From Nitrospirota bacterium (GTDB lineage Bacteria > Nitrospirota > JACRHJ01), in assembly GCA_021784575.1 (NCBI GenBank), contig JAJYHX010000004.1:68350-132349 (forward strand): a stretch of 64,000 bases of DNA. Reading direction: 5' to 3'. The notes below the pieces were generated by a model. The model did no database searches. It had not been told where the DNA came from and saw only the letters and a list, made by a program, of their open reading frames with translations. The translations under genes were made by a program, and so were the position numbers. This document shows positions 9,471 to 18,743 of the stretch, one piece after another (positions within the stretch are counted from its first letter, which is position 1; each line of letters starts with the position of its first letter).

Positions 9471-9605
9471 GCTCCCCGTGCCGGACTCGAGCCGGCGACA
9501 GCGGTGTAAACGCTCTTTCGGCGGAAGGTGTTACAAAAGTGTTACATTCGCCTGAAATGCCAGAAAAAAAAGGCTCACGATAAACTCGTAAGCCTTTGAT
9601 TCTAA

Positions 9606-9651
9606 ATGGTAGGCGATGCTGGTTTCGAACCAGCGACCCCTGCCGTGTGAA
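9606..9651. repeat. attL-like direct repeat: 46-bp copy of the tRNA-Val 3' end (1 mismatch)
   Basis: ATGGTAGGCGATGCTGGTTTCGAACCAGCGACCCCTGCCGTGTGAA matches 20364-20409 with a single T/G difference. Only the 3' part of the tRNA is present. Confidence 0.8.
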
Positions 9652-9776
9652 TCCATTAAAAGCCATTCTTGCCATTTTTCATGGTTTCTTACTGAATACC
9701 TCTTCCCCAATGTTTAAGCGGAGTTGCCGTTATTCGCCTTATTACCGCTTATTTTGGAATCCTATTATCTCCGATT

Positions 9777-9812
9777 CAATTTAGCCCAAAATTAGCCCAT
9801 TTTTAGCCCATT
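9777..9812. repeat. TTAGCCCA direct repeats x3 (candidate integrase arm-type sites, left end)
   Basis: The sequence reads TTAGCCCAAAATTAGCCCATTTTTAGCCCATTGC. The same motif (x2) is at 20296-20319, just inside the right end. Confidence 0.45.
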
Positions 9813-9823
9813 GCTTTGAAGGG

Positions 9824-10369
9824 CTATGAATTATCCTGGATAAATCGTTTGAGGTCGAAATACATCAGGCGGGTGTCGTCCTTATGGTCTTTCTCAGTAA
9901 GGAAATTGAAGCCGTTCTTCTGGTAGAAACCGATAGTGCAGGGGTTATTGTATGCGTCCACGGTTACAAACCGGCAACCGGTCTTATTCGCGGTAGTGAA
10001 AGAGGCTTTGACCGCATCTAAAATCTCTGTCCCCATTCCCTTTCTTTGATACCTGATATTAACGCCCATTCTCCCGATTTTGACGGCGGGAAAGCTCCTG
10101 TAGGTTCTCTTTGGGTGCGGGATGCCTTTGGCAAGGGTTCTCAATTTGCCCCTGCCCGTCTCTTCCCGGCTTATTTTATCGTTTAAGAGACTGATAAACG
10201 CTATCGTTTCTTTCCTGCCTTCAAACAGGTAGGTAACGGTAAGAAGCTCGTTTGAGTGGTTAAGGGCGTCGTTATGGAAGAAATCGTTCAGGTCGGGATC
10301 ATTGCAATCGAAAGGCTTTAACTTGGTATCCCGGTCAAGCCGCCGGGCTTGGGTTATCTTGACGGGCAT
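9824..10369 (-). CDS. GNAT-family acetyltransferase, TacT/AtaT-like toxin
   Basis: N-terminal FDCNDPDLNDFF motif resembles the FxxGxxxLDxFL motif of tRNA-acetylating GNAT toxins. GNAT motif A reads IGRMGVNIRYQRKGMGTEIL. Translationally coupled to an upstream small ORF by an ATGA overlap. Confidence 0.75.
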   Translation of the reverse strand: MPVKITQARRLDRDTKLKPFDCNDPDLNDFFHNDALNHSNELLTVTYLFEGRKETIAFISLLNDKISREETGRGKLRTLAKGIPHPKRTYRSFPAVKIGRMGVNIRYQRKGMGTEILDAVKASFTTANKTGCRFVTVDAYNNPCTIGFYQKNGFNFLTEKDHKDDTRLMYFDLKRFIQDNS

Positions 10370-10530
10370 CAGAGGATATTGAACCTGCCGTGGAGTTCCT
10401 TGTAGGCCGCCACCGCCTTCTTATACTCTGCCTTAGTTACCTTCTTTTTTTCGTTTGCTTTTACTTCTTCTGAAAAACGCTGTGCGTCTTTACCGCGTAA
10501 AACCGGAGTTTCCTTTATCGGCTTTGCCAT
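10369..10530 (-). CDS. Putative antitoxin (53-aa basic protein) coupled to the GNAT toxin
   Basis: AAGGAGAAAAGGC ribosome-binding site before the ATG. Stop overlaps the toxin start. Family not recognised. Confidence 0.45.
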   Translation of the reverse strand: MAKPIKETPVLRGKDAQRFSEEVKANEKKKVTKAEYKKAVAAYKELHGRFNIL

Positions 10531-10755
10531 GCCTTTTCTCCTTCTGCTACTGCTTCTTTTACCCTGTCTATTCATAATAAATCAGACGACAAGACAGTAA
10601 CATATGCAACGCTATATTGCAATTCAATTATAACATGCCTGTCAAGCCCATTTGCCGCCCTGGACGGAACTCAGGTTTTGCCTTGACCCTCAGTCCGGTT
10701 TTGGGATAGTATAGCACCCAGCTTTATCAGGAATTATCCTTTAGCATCACGCCTT

Positions 10756-13524
10756 TTGCGTTTTTTTATCAAGAGGGACAAGCCAATGGCTGAACGCGGA
10801 CGGAAGAAATCCACGGCGAAAGTGGGAGAAGTCAAAAAGAGGGTCAAGGTAGCAGGCGAGAAAAAGGCGGAAGTCTATGAGCATAAGGAGAAGGAAGGTC
10901 TTTTAAGGCCGGACATCGGCCTGCAAGCGCAGTTCAAGAAACAGAAGCCGCCCAAGACCTACAAGTATGACTCAAGCCTTGACCCGGCAATGTCATGGGA
11001 TAGTAATCCCGCAAGGGAGCGGGCCGAATCCCTGATAAAGCAGATACAGGAAGCCAAGACAGTTGAAGAGGCCAAAACCGCCGCCGATGTTCTTGCCCGG
11101 ATGTCCGGCCCGTTCCTCAACTGGTCTGGCAAGGCGGAGCGCACCGAGTTCAACGTCCCTACCCTTCCCCTTTTTACGCATGAGCGTCTTTCCACTCAGG
11201 CAATCCTTGAAACCCTGAAGTCCAGGAAACGGGACAAGCAGCAGTCCTTTGAGTTATTCGCGGATACCGAGCTTGACATTGCAGACCGCGCCCTTCAAGC
11301 CTATGAGTATCCCGCCCCCTGGGTGAACAGGATGATTCTTGGGGACTCGCTTATCGTGATGAACAGCCTTTTACAATACGAGAGCTTAGGCGGACAAGTC
11401 CAAATGATTTACATCGACCCGCCTTATGGGGTGAAGTTCGGGTCAAACTTTCAGCCGTTTGTCAGGAAACGGGACGTTAAGCATGGCGACGACGAGAGCA
11501 TGACGCGCGAGCCGGAGGTTGTTCAGGCTTACCGGGATACATGGGAACTTGGACTTCATTCATACCTGACGTATCTCAGGGACAGGTTCAAACTTGCTCA
11601 TGAGTTGTTGCATCCGTCCGGGTCAATATTCGTGCAGATAAGCGATGAAAATGTGCATCATGTAAGGGAAGTACTTGGTGAAATTTTTGGAGAAGAAAAT
11701 TTTTGCGCCATAATAACATTTGTTAAAGCTTCTGCGCAATCATCGGATTTGCTTTCCTCAGCATCAGATTATTTGCTTTGGTATGCTAAGGATAAAAAAC
11801 AAGTAAAGGCCAATAGGCTTTATTGGAGTAAACAGGTCGGTTCGGTAGGAGCGACTAATTATAATAATATTGAATCGCCTGACGGTCGAACATGGCGTGC
11901 TTTATCAGTGGAAGAAAAAAACGACTTATCTCTCATTCCTAATGGATGGCGATCGTTTAGTTGTGATAATTTAATGGGCACGCGTCCGCCAACCGAAGGC
12001 GATCTTGGAGCTTATGAATATCATGGAAAACTTTACAACAAAGACAAGCGCAAATGCTGGAAAACAGATAAGACGGGATTGGACGGGCTGGCAGCTAATA
12101 AACGTCTAATAGCTGTAGGAAACGGCTTATATTATAAACGTTATCTTGATGACTTCCCTGTCTATCCAATGACTACAAATTGGTCAGACACAGCGAGCAG
12201 CTTCATGGCTGATAAATTTTATGTAGTCCAAACAACCCTGAAAGTCATTCAACGTTGCCTCCTGATGACCACCGATCCCGGCGACCTTGTTCTTGACCCG
12301 ACATGCGGGAGCGGCACAACCGCTTACGTTGCAGAGCAATGGGGAAGACGCTGGATAACGATTGACACGAGCCGCGTCCCGCTTGCCCTTGCGCGGCAAA
12401 GGCTTCTAACAGCTACCTTCCCATACTTTGAGCTTAAAGACCCCGCCAAAGGCCCGTCAAGCGGCTTCGTCTATAAACGAAAGCGGAACAAGAAGGGAGA
12501 AGAGACAGGCGGCATAGTGCCTCACATAACCCTGAAAAGCATAGCCAATAACGAGCCGCCGAAAGAGGAAGTCCTTGTTGACCGCCCGGAAGAGTTAAGC
12601 GGCGTCGTCCGCGTGTCCGGGACTTTCGTTGTCGAGGCCACAATCCCACAGCCGATAGACATTGAAGCCGCCGAAAAAGAATCAAAGACCGAGACCATCG
12701 GCGCGGAGGATGCCGCCGATTATATAACCCGCATGGTTGAGATTCTCCGCAAGGTTGCCACAATCAAAGTGCCCGGCAACAAGACCGTTACCTTCCAGAA
12801 AATCCGCCGCCCAGCAAAGGCTATGGACATTCACGCCGAGGCCGTTGTTGCAAACGGAGTGGAGAAGCCCGTTGCATTCTATTTCGGGCCGGAAAACGGC
12901 GCGGTAACGGAGATGATGGTTAACCATGCATTGAAGGAAGCTAATCTGAAAGGGTTTGAACACCTCTACGTTATCGGCTTTGCAATTCAGGCAAACGCCG
13001 ACAAGCTCATAAGGGACGCGGAGAGGCTTGTCATACCCGCAACGTATGTTCAGGCGACAATGGACTTGCAGATGCCCGACCTCTTGAAGAATCAGAGGGC
13101 AAGCCAGATATTCAGCGTTACAGGTATGCCGGAAGTAAATTTAATCAAGCTGAAGAAGAAATCAGATACGGGGGAAACTCTTTACAAGGTTCAACTTCTT
13201 GGCTTGGACGTATTCGACCCCGTGGACATGGAGCACAAATACGAAGACGGCGATAACGTGCCATGCTGGTTTATCGATACGGACTACAACGAGCTTGCCT
13301 TCTGTGTATCTCAGGCGTTCTTCCCAAGAACATCCGCATGGGACAAACTCAAGAAAGACCTAAAGGGAACATACGAGGATTCAGTCTGGGAACACCTTGC
13401 AGGGACGGAAAGCGAGCCGTTTATGGCGGGTGAACATGAAAGGATTGCAGTCAAGGTTATAGACGACAGAGGCAACGAGCTTCTTGTGGTAAAGGAAATC
13501 AAAGAGGCAGGGGCGGAGAAATGA
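10756..13524 (+). CDS. mod: Type III restriction-modification methyltransferase (Mod), N6-adenine, long form
   Basis: DPPYGVKF (motif IV) precedes the DPTCGSGTT FxGxG motif, which is the beta-class order. Lys-rich ~180-aa N-terminal extension. The likely true start is MAERG at 10786, with a ribosome-binding site upstream. Stop overlaps the res start by 4 nt. Confidence 0.9.
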   Translation: MRFFIKRDKPMAERGRKKSTAKVGEVKKRVKVAGEKKAEVYEHKEKEGLLRPDIGLQAQFKKQKPPKTYKYDSSLDPAMSWDSNPARERAESLIKQIQEAKTVEEAKTAADVLARMSGPFLNWSGKAERTEFNVPTLPLFTHERLSTQAILETLKSRKRDKQQSFELFADTELDIADRALQAYEYPAPWVNRMILGDSLIVMNSLLQYESLGGQVQMIYIDPPYGVKFGSNFQPFVRKRDVKHGDDESMTREPEVVQAYRDTWELGLHSYLTYLRDRFKLAHELLHPSGSIFVQISDENVHHVREVLGEIFGEENFCAIITFVKASAQSSDLLSSASDYLLWYAKDKKQVKANRLYWSKQVGSVGATNYNNIESPDGRTWRALSVEEKNDLSLIPNGWRSFSCDNLMGTRPPTEGDLGAYEYHGKLYNKDKRKCWKTDKTGLDGLAANKRLIAVGNGLYYKRYLDDFPVYPMTTNWSDTASSFMADKFYVVQTTLKVIQRCLLMTTDPGDLVLDPTCGSGTTAYVAEQWGRRWITIDTSRVPLALARQRLLTATFPYFELKDPAKGPSSGFVYKRKRNKKGEETGGIVPHITLKSIANNEPPKEEVLVDRPEELSGVVRVSGTFVVEATIPQPIDIEAAEKESKTETIGAEDAADYITRMVEILRKVATIKVPGNKTVTFQKIRRPAKAMDIHAEAVVANGVEKPVAFYFGPENGAVTEMMVNHALKEANLKGFEHLYVIGFAIQANADKLIRDAERLVIPATYVQATMDLQMPDLLKNQRASQIFSVTGMPEVNLIKLKKKSDTGETLYKVQLLGLDVFDPVDMEHKYEDGDNVPCWFIDTDYNELAFCVSQAFFPRTSAWDKLKKDLKGTYEDSVWEHLAGTESEPFMAGEHERIAVKVIDDRGNELLVVKEIKEAGAEK

Positions 13525-16500
13525 GCGACTTTGCCGAAGTCCCCAAACCAATAATAAACAGCCCATACGAAGAGCCGAAGCAATATTACGAGATTGCCAA
13601 AGGAGAGCCGCCCGTCCTCGTGCAGGGCCGCCGTCCGGCATGTTACTATTACCGCCCGCCCGGAAGGTCAACAGGCAGACACGCGGCGGACGAGGTAGGG
13701 ACAAAGATTGACCTTCACCTCGTTAATGACATACGCGCCCGGATGAAGGAATGGCGGGAGAAGGGCTATCCGGGCGTTACGGGGACAACGGGCGAGCTTA
13801 TAGGATACTGGACACGCCCTGAGCGTGAGGCGGGACATAGGCTTTTCTTCTGCCAACTTGAAGCGGCCTTGACCGTTATTTTTCTGAAAGAGGCAAGGGC
13901 GGACTTCCTACAGGGCCTTGAGATACCGAGAGACGAGCCTTCAAAGGAAGCGAAGGAGAAAGGTTACTCAGGCTTTACGCGGTATGCTGCAAAAATGGCG
14001 ACAGGTTCAGGAAAAACAACCGTAATGGGAATGCTTGCCGCGTGGAGTATTTTAAACAAGGTTGCCGACAGAGGCAACGCGACTTTCTCCGATACAGTCC
14101 TTGTGATATGCCCGAATGTAACAATCCGAGACCGCTTGCAGGAGCTTGACCCGAATCACGGCGAAACCAGTTTATACAGGACAAGAGACCTCGTGCCGCC
14201 GGACATGATGAAGAACCTTCGGGAAGGCCGGGTGCTGATAACGAACTGGCACGTCCTTGAACCGAAGGAACTAAATACGGTAGGCAAAGACTCCTCAAGG
14301 GTGGTCAAGCGCGGAGTGCCAAGACATGTCAAGCTTGATAACGGAGATATTGATACCAAATATATTCAGTCTGATACCTCACTCGTTGAAGACGTGCTAA
14401 AGGAAACCAAAGGGAAGAAGAATATCCTTGTCTTTAATGACGAGGCGCACCACGCATACAGAATAGCTCAGACAATTACTGAAGAAGAACAGCCGGACTT
14501 ATTAGGCGGCAACGGGAACGGCGATAGTGAAGAGCTTGAATATTACAAGAAAGAAGCAACGATTTGGATTGACGGCCTGGACAAAATAAACAAGATTCGC
14601 GGGATAAATTTCTGTGTTGACCTATCCGCTACACCGTTTTATCTAAACAATACCGGCAATGATCCCGGAAAATCATTCCCCTGGGTAGTGTCGGATTTCG
14701 GCCTTGTGGACGCAATAGAGTCCGGCCTTGTAAAGATACCTCAATTGCCTATTGAAGACACTACGGGAAGGCGTATCCCTGCATATTTCAACGTATGGAA
14801 ATGGATTGTGGAAGAAAAGCTGACAAGCGGAGAGAAAGGCGGCAAGCGTGGGCAGGTAAATCCAAAAGCCGTCCTGAAGTATGCGCATACCCCGATACAG
14901 ATGCTTGCCTCATTATGGAAAACCACATTCAAGGAATGGAATGAGGACGTTAAAAAAGGATCGCGTGAGCCTGTGCCGCCCGTGTTTATTATCGTATGCC
15001 GGGACACAAGGCTTGCTAAAATTATTTACGACTGGATAGCGGACTGCAAGGGTGAAGATATTACCCCGTGCATACCGGAATTCAGGAATAAGGACGGGAA
15101 GGAATACACCGTCAGGGTTGACTCAAAGGTAGTTGAAGAAATTGAATCCGGGATTGCCAAGAGCGATGAAAGCCGCCGACTTCGCTTTGTTCTGGACACC
15201 ATCGGCAAAACTGCATGGCCGGGGGGCAAACCGCCGGAAGAGTATGTCCAGCTTGTCAATAAGCGAAATGAAAAGGCCGAGGAAGGCGGTGAGCTTGTTG
15301 ACCAGGCTATTCCACCAGGCAGGGATGTCCGGTGCATAGTCTCAGTTGCCATGCTTACAGAGGGCTGGGATGCAAGGACGGTTACGCATATAGTAGGCTT
15401 GAGACCATTTGAATCTCAGCTTCTTTGTGAACAGGTTGTAGGGCGCGGCCTTAGAAGGTCTCAGTATCACGACCTGAGCGTTGAAGAGGTATCAAAAGTT
15501 TATGGAGTGCCTTTTGAACTGATTCCCTTCAAGACCAATCCCACAGGCCCTACACCGCCGCCCCCAAAGGTGATCCATGTAAAGGCCCTGCCTGAGCGGG
15601 CCGACCTTGAAATCAAATTTCCACGGGTAGAAGGATATTCCTTCAAGGTAAAGAACAAGATAGCAGTTGACTGGCAGAGAGTCCGTCCAATACGCATTGA
15701 TCCGGCGGAAGTCCCGGACGAAACCCTTGTTAAGGGCCTGTCAACGGACGACGCGGGAAAGCTCTCACTATCAGGGCCTGGGCCAATAGAGGAAATAACC
15801 CTTAAGGCATGGAGGAAGGGAGTCCGTTTGCAGTATGTCGAATTCTTCATGGCAAATGAACTAAGGCGGCATTATGCAGGCTCTCCTGATTGTGAAATTC
15901 CCCCGCACATTTTATTCCCTCAGTTGATTTCTATAGTGAAGAGATTTGTCCGAGATTATGTTGAAGCTCTTGAGCATAGAGACAAGAAGGACATATTTTT
16001 ATCCCCCTATTTTGGGAAAGCCCTTGAAGTTTTAAAGGAGTCGATAATCCCGGATGTTAGTTCAGGCGAAGAAAGCGAAATTCCAACTTACGAGAAAAGC
16101 AGAGGGCCGGGATCAACCTCAGACGTGGATACCTGGACAAGCAAGCCTGTAGTCGAATGCCGGAAGAGCCATTTGAATTATGCCGTTGCCGACACGGAGA
16201 AATGGGAACAGATAGCGAAATTTTATCTGGACAGAAACAAGCACGTCATAAGCTTTGTGAAGAACTTCGGACTTGGGTTTGAGATTCCTTACACATTCAA
16301 CGGTGAAAGTCGAGGTTATGCGCCTGATTTTATCATTCGACTCAAGAACGATGAAGGCAGAGAGATTGGCAACCTTATTCTTGAGGTCAAGGGCTTTGCC
16401 CCTGAAGAGGCAGAGGCCAAAAAATCCGCCGCTATCAGGTGGATGAAGGCCGTCAATAATGAGGGTTCTTATGGGAAATGGGATTACAGGGTTATTTATA

Positions 16501-16553
16501 AAACAACGGACGTGGACAAGGCGATAGAAGAAATGGTGAAAGTGTTAGGTTAG
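13521..16553 (+). CDS. res: Type III restriction enzyme Res subunit (SF2 helicase plus PD-(D/E)xK nuclease)
   Basis: MATGSGKTTVMG Walker A. VFNDEAHHAY DEAH box. C-terminal ILEVKG nuclease motif. 1010 aa. Confidence 0.9.
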   Translation: MSDFAEVPKPIINSPYEEPKQYYEIAKGEPPVLVQGRRPACYYYRPPGRSTGRHAADEVGTKIDLHLVNDIRARMKEWREKGYPGVTGTTGELIGYWTRPEREAGHRLFFCQLEAALTVIFLKEARADFLQGLEIPRDEPSKEAKEKGYSGFTRYAAKMATGSGKTTVMGMLAAWSILNKVADRGNATFSDTVLVICPNVTIRDRLQELDPNHGETSLYRTRDLVPPDMMKNLREGRVLITNWHVLEPKELNTVGKDSSRVVKRGVPRHVKLDNGDIDTKYIQSDTSLVEDVLKETKGKKNILVFNDEAHHAYRIAQTITEEEQPDLLGGNGNGDSEELEYYKKEATIWIDGLDKINKIRGINFCVDLSATPFYLNNTGNDPGKSFPWVVSDFGLVDAIESGLVKIPQLPIEDTTGRRIPAYFNVWKWIVEEKLTSGEKGGKRGQVNPKAVLKYAHTPIQMLASLWKTTFKEWNEDVKKGSREPVPPVFIIVCRDTRLAKIIYDWIADCKGEDITPCIPEFRNKDGKEYTVRVDSKVVEEIESGIAKSDESRRLRFVLDTIGKTAWPGGKPPEEYVQLVNKRNEKAEEGGELVDQAIPPGRDVRCIVSVAMLTEGWDARTVTHIVGLRPFESQLLCEQVVGRGLRRSQYHDLSVEEVSKVYGVPFELIPFKTNPTGPTPPPPKVIHVKALPERADLEIKFPRVEGYSFKVKNKIAVDWQRVRPIRIDPAEVPDETLVKGLSTDDAGKLSLSGPGPIEEITLKAWRKGVRLQYVEFFMANELRRHYAGSPDCEIPPHILFPQLISIVKRFVRDYVEALEHRDKKDIFLSPYFGKALEVLKESIIPDVSSGEESEIPTYEKSRGPGSTSDVDTWTSKPVVECRKSHLNYAVADTEKWEQIAKFYLDRNKHVISFVKNFGLGFEIPYTFNGESRGYAPDFIIRLKNDEGREIGNLILEVKGFAPEEAEAKKSAAIRWMKAVNNEGSYGKWDYRVIYKTTDVDKAIEEMVKVLG

Positions 16554-16607
16554 AAGCTAAAAGGCAAAGAGGTTGCAGAGGCGTTGGCGGTATTAAGGGC
16601 TAAATAA

Positions 16608-17390
16608 ATGAAAATCAGCATTCACGACAGAGTTGAGGCAATAAAAAGATGCCCTGAATTTATGAAAGAGGCCGAAGAATATTTAAAGTTACGCGTCAAG
16701 GAGATTTTGGAAGAAAGAAAGTTTCGAGAAGAATATGCCCGAAGTCGGTTTCCTGGTATCGCCCGCCCCACTAAACCTGAGAAAAACAAAACAGTTAGCG
16801 AAAAATATAAACTGATTAGGGAAAAATGGAAAATTGGTTATCTGTTCGTTACCGGCCATTCCGAAAATGAAAAACGACTGTGGGGGGATACAAAGAATGC
16901 ACTAATAACGAGAAAATTTGAGCATAATGAAATATTTAGTCTTAGGGATTTCTGGAACCGTGAAGTCTCCCTTGCTTGGGATGGAGACCGCGCTGAGGGA
17001 CGGTCGTTGTATCCTGATACGCCCTTTCAATGTTACCTATGTAATGATGACAATCTCATTATTCAATTGCGGGTTGATTTAAGAGCAACCGAAAAAGAGT
17101 TAAGCGCTTCTTTTGATAAACTGATCGGGGAAATTAAGCACCGTTACTGTAAGAATTCCGGGGAGAAGAAAATAAGGAAAACAAAATTGGACAAATGGGA
17201 AATTTTTGATCTTCAGAAATCTGGTTTAACGGATGCCGAAATCGTCAGAAAACTTAAAGTCAATACCAATATATCAGAAGCCTCTTCAACACCTTTCAAA
17301 CGAGTAGAGCGAGCTTATAAGCAAGCTGAAAAAATCATTAAGGCCGTTCAAGAAGATGCCGAACGATTTATCAAAAAAATCGAAGAATGA
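16608..17390 (+). CDS. Hypothetical protein, AT-rich, with C-terminal HTH-like segment
   Basis: 260 aa with no recognisable family. GC is well below the host. KSGLTDAEIVRKLKV resembles a helix-turn-helix. Located directly after res. Confidence 0.55.
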   Translation: MKISIHDRVEAIKRCPEFMKEAEEYLKLRVKEILEERKFREEYARSRFPGIARPTKPEKNKTVSEKYKLIREKWKIGYLFVTGHSENEKRLWGDTKNALITRKFEHNEIFSLRDFWNREVSLAWDGDRAEGRSLYPDTPFQCYLCNDDNLIIQLRVDLRATEKELSASFDKLIGEIKHRYCKNSGEKKIRKTKLDKWEIFDLQKSGLTDAEIVRKLKVNTNISEASSTPFKRVERAYKQAEKIIKAVQEDAERFIKKIEE

Positions 17391-17479
17391 CCGAACGAAG
17401 AATGACCGAACCAGGTAAAACTTCCAAAGTAATTACCTCCAGATTTTAAAGCCCCCCGCCTTAACATTCATCTAATTTT

Positions 17480-17560
17480 TATTGACGTATAAGAGGGGAC
17501 TTTAAACGTCAATTTTGACGTATAAAGTAATCCTTATAAGTCAATTGACGTGATGAAATA
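17480..17560. promoter_or_regulatory. Operator/promoter repeat cluster (TTGACGT x3, palindromes CGTCAATTTTGACG and GTCAATTGAC)
   Basis: Three TTGACGT(A/G)T(A)A units. Two perfect palindromes upstream of the alpA-like gene. Confidence 0.4.
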
Positions 17561-17627
17561 TCACCTGCTAATATCTCCGTGTAACCAGGCTTGGCAGTTA
17601 TTTCTTAACCATACGGAGGTGGACGAA

Positions 17628-17810
17628 ATGGAAAGAAAACTGATCGACGTTAAGGAAGGGGCGGCGTTAATCGGCGTGAAGCCGGGCACTCTGTATTTAT
17701 GGGCGGCGCAAAAAAAGGACGGCCTGAAAAGCTATCTCGTGGGCCGGTGCAGACGTTTTGATCCTGAAGAACTTTTGGAATGGGCGAAGGGCATGGAGAA
17801 GGGCGCATGA
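17628..17810 (+). CDS. AlpA/Xis-family HTH protein (excisionase-like)
   Basis: MERKLIDVKEGAALIGVKPGTLYLWAAQ... fits the phage AlpA/HTH_17 pattern. GGAGG ribosome-binding site 6 nt upstream. The ORF track extends it to 17550, but the upstream part overlaps the operator repeats. Confidence 0.7.
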   Translation: MERKLIDVKEGAALIGVKPGTLYLWAAQKKDGLKSYLVGRCRRFDPEELLEWAKGMEKGA

Positions 17811-18058
17811 AGACCCTGCAAAGAAAATCTGAGTTGACTTTCGGCATTTCGGCGCGGGGCCGCCGGGAATTGGTTAAGCACCTCAAGGGCGGGAAACTTA
17901 CCCGCAAAGAGGCGATGCTTGCCGCCTGCTATGACTGCGTTTGCGGGTATGAGGACGGTAAGGTCGATTGCCGGGTTATGCGGTGTCCCCTTCATCCGTT
18001 CATGCCATTTAACCCCGAAGGGAAGAAAGGTCGGGGTGAGGACAGCCCTGAAAATTAA
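17807..18058 (+). CDS. Small Cys-rich (zinc-ribbon-like) hypothetical protein
   Basis: Start overlaps the alpA stop (ATGA). Contains CYDCVCGYEDGKVDCRVMRC. Confidence 0.4.
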   Translation: MKTLQRKSELTFGISARGRRELVKHLKGGKLTRKEAMLAACYDCVCGYEDGKVDCRVMRCPLHPFMPFNPEGKKGRGEDSPEN

Positions 18059-18203
18059 TTCCTTGCGTCTGAAGCATACGAAAAAGGGGTATTGCAGGGA
18101 TTAATCTCCCCCGGCAAGTATTCAGGTAGGGGTAAGTTGGCAAAAAGTTCAAAAAGGGCGATTTTGCGCATTTCCGAATAAATGGCGGCTTAAATATAGT
18201 TTC

Positions 18204-18743
18204 ATGTCCGATCCCTATAAAAAACAACGAGCGGGAAACAAGCATCGCGGCAAGCAAAAACTACCGCCTTTTGTTGCTTTGCCCTGGGAGATGCTCAATC
18301 ACCAGGCATATCGAAAATTGAAACACTCCGCCGCACATGCCCTGCCTTATTTCTTGGGAAAGGTAAAGCTCACTTATAACGACCCGCAACGCTATCAGAC
18401 TGAATTTACTTTCTCATATAGCGAAGGTAAAAAGCTTCGCTTTGGCAACGCCACTTTTTACAATATAATTCAGGAGTTGGTGAGAAAGGGGTTTATTGAC
18501 CCGGTAGATAGAGGCGGGATGAAAAGCGACTGTAGAGGCTTCAGCAATTTCAGGCTGTCAAGACGCTGGGAAGAATACGGCAAGGAAGGATTTCAGGCTA
18601 TCGAATGGAAATGCTTTCTTCCTAAACCAAGATTGAAAGCGACACCCGAAATGGAAATGCACAGCACCCGAAATGGAAATAAAACTGCCCATTACGCACC
18701 TGATATTTCCAGAACTGGTGCTGTAGGGGCTGAAACGGGCTGA
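18204..18743 (+). CDS. Hypothetical protein (possible winged-helix DNA-binding protein)
   Basis: 179 aa. The segment ATFYNIIQELVRKGFID is wHTH-like. Island cargo, no firm family call. Confidence 0.5.
   Translation: MSDPYKKQRAGNKHRGKQKLPPFVALPWEMLNHQAYRKLKHSAAHALPYFLGKVKLTYNDPQRYQTEFTFSYSEGKKLRFGNATFYNIIQELVRKGFIDPVDRGGMKSDCRGFSNFRLSRRWEEYGKEGFQAIEWKCFLPKPRLKATPEMEMHSTRNGNKTAHYAPDISRTGAVGAETG

Noticed and set aside
9606-9651. Possible second tRNA gene
   Set aside because: Only the 3' ~46 nt of tRNA-Val are present. Upstream sequence diverges and cannot form D or anticodon arms. It is the att duplication, not a gene.
17550-17627. N-terminal 26 residues of the ORF-track AlpA call (MMKYHLLISPCNQAWQLFLNHTEVDE)
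   Set aside because: This part overlaps the TTGACGT operator cluster and lacks a ribosome-binding site. The internal Met has a GGAGG ribosome-binding site and gives a standard-length AlpA protein.
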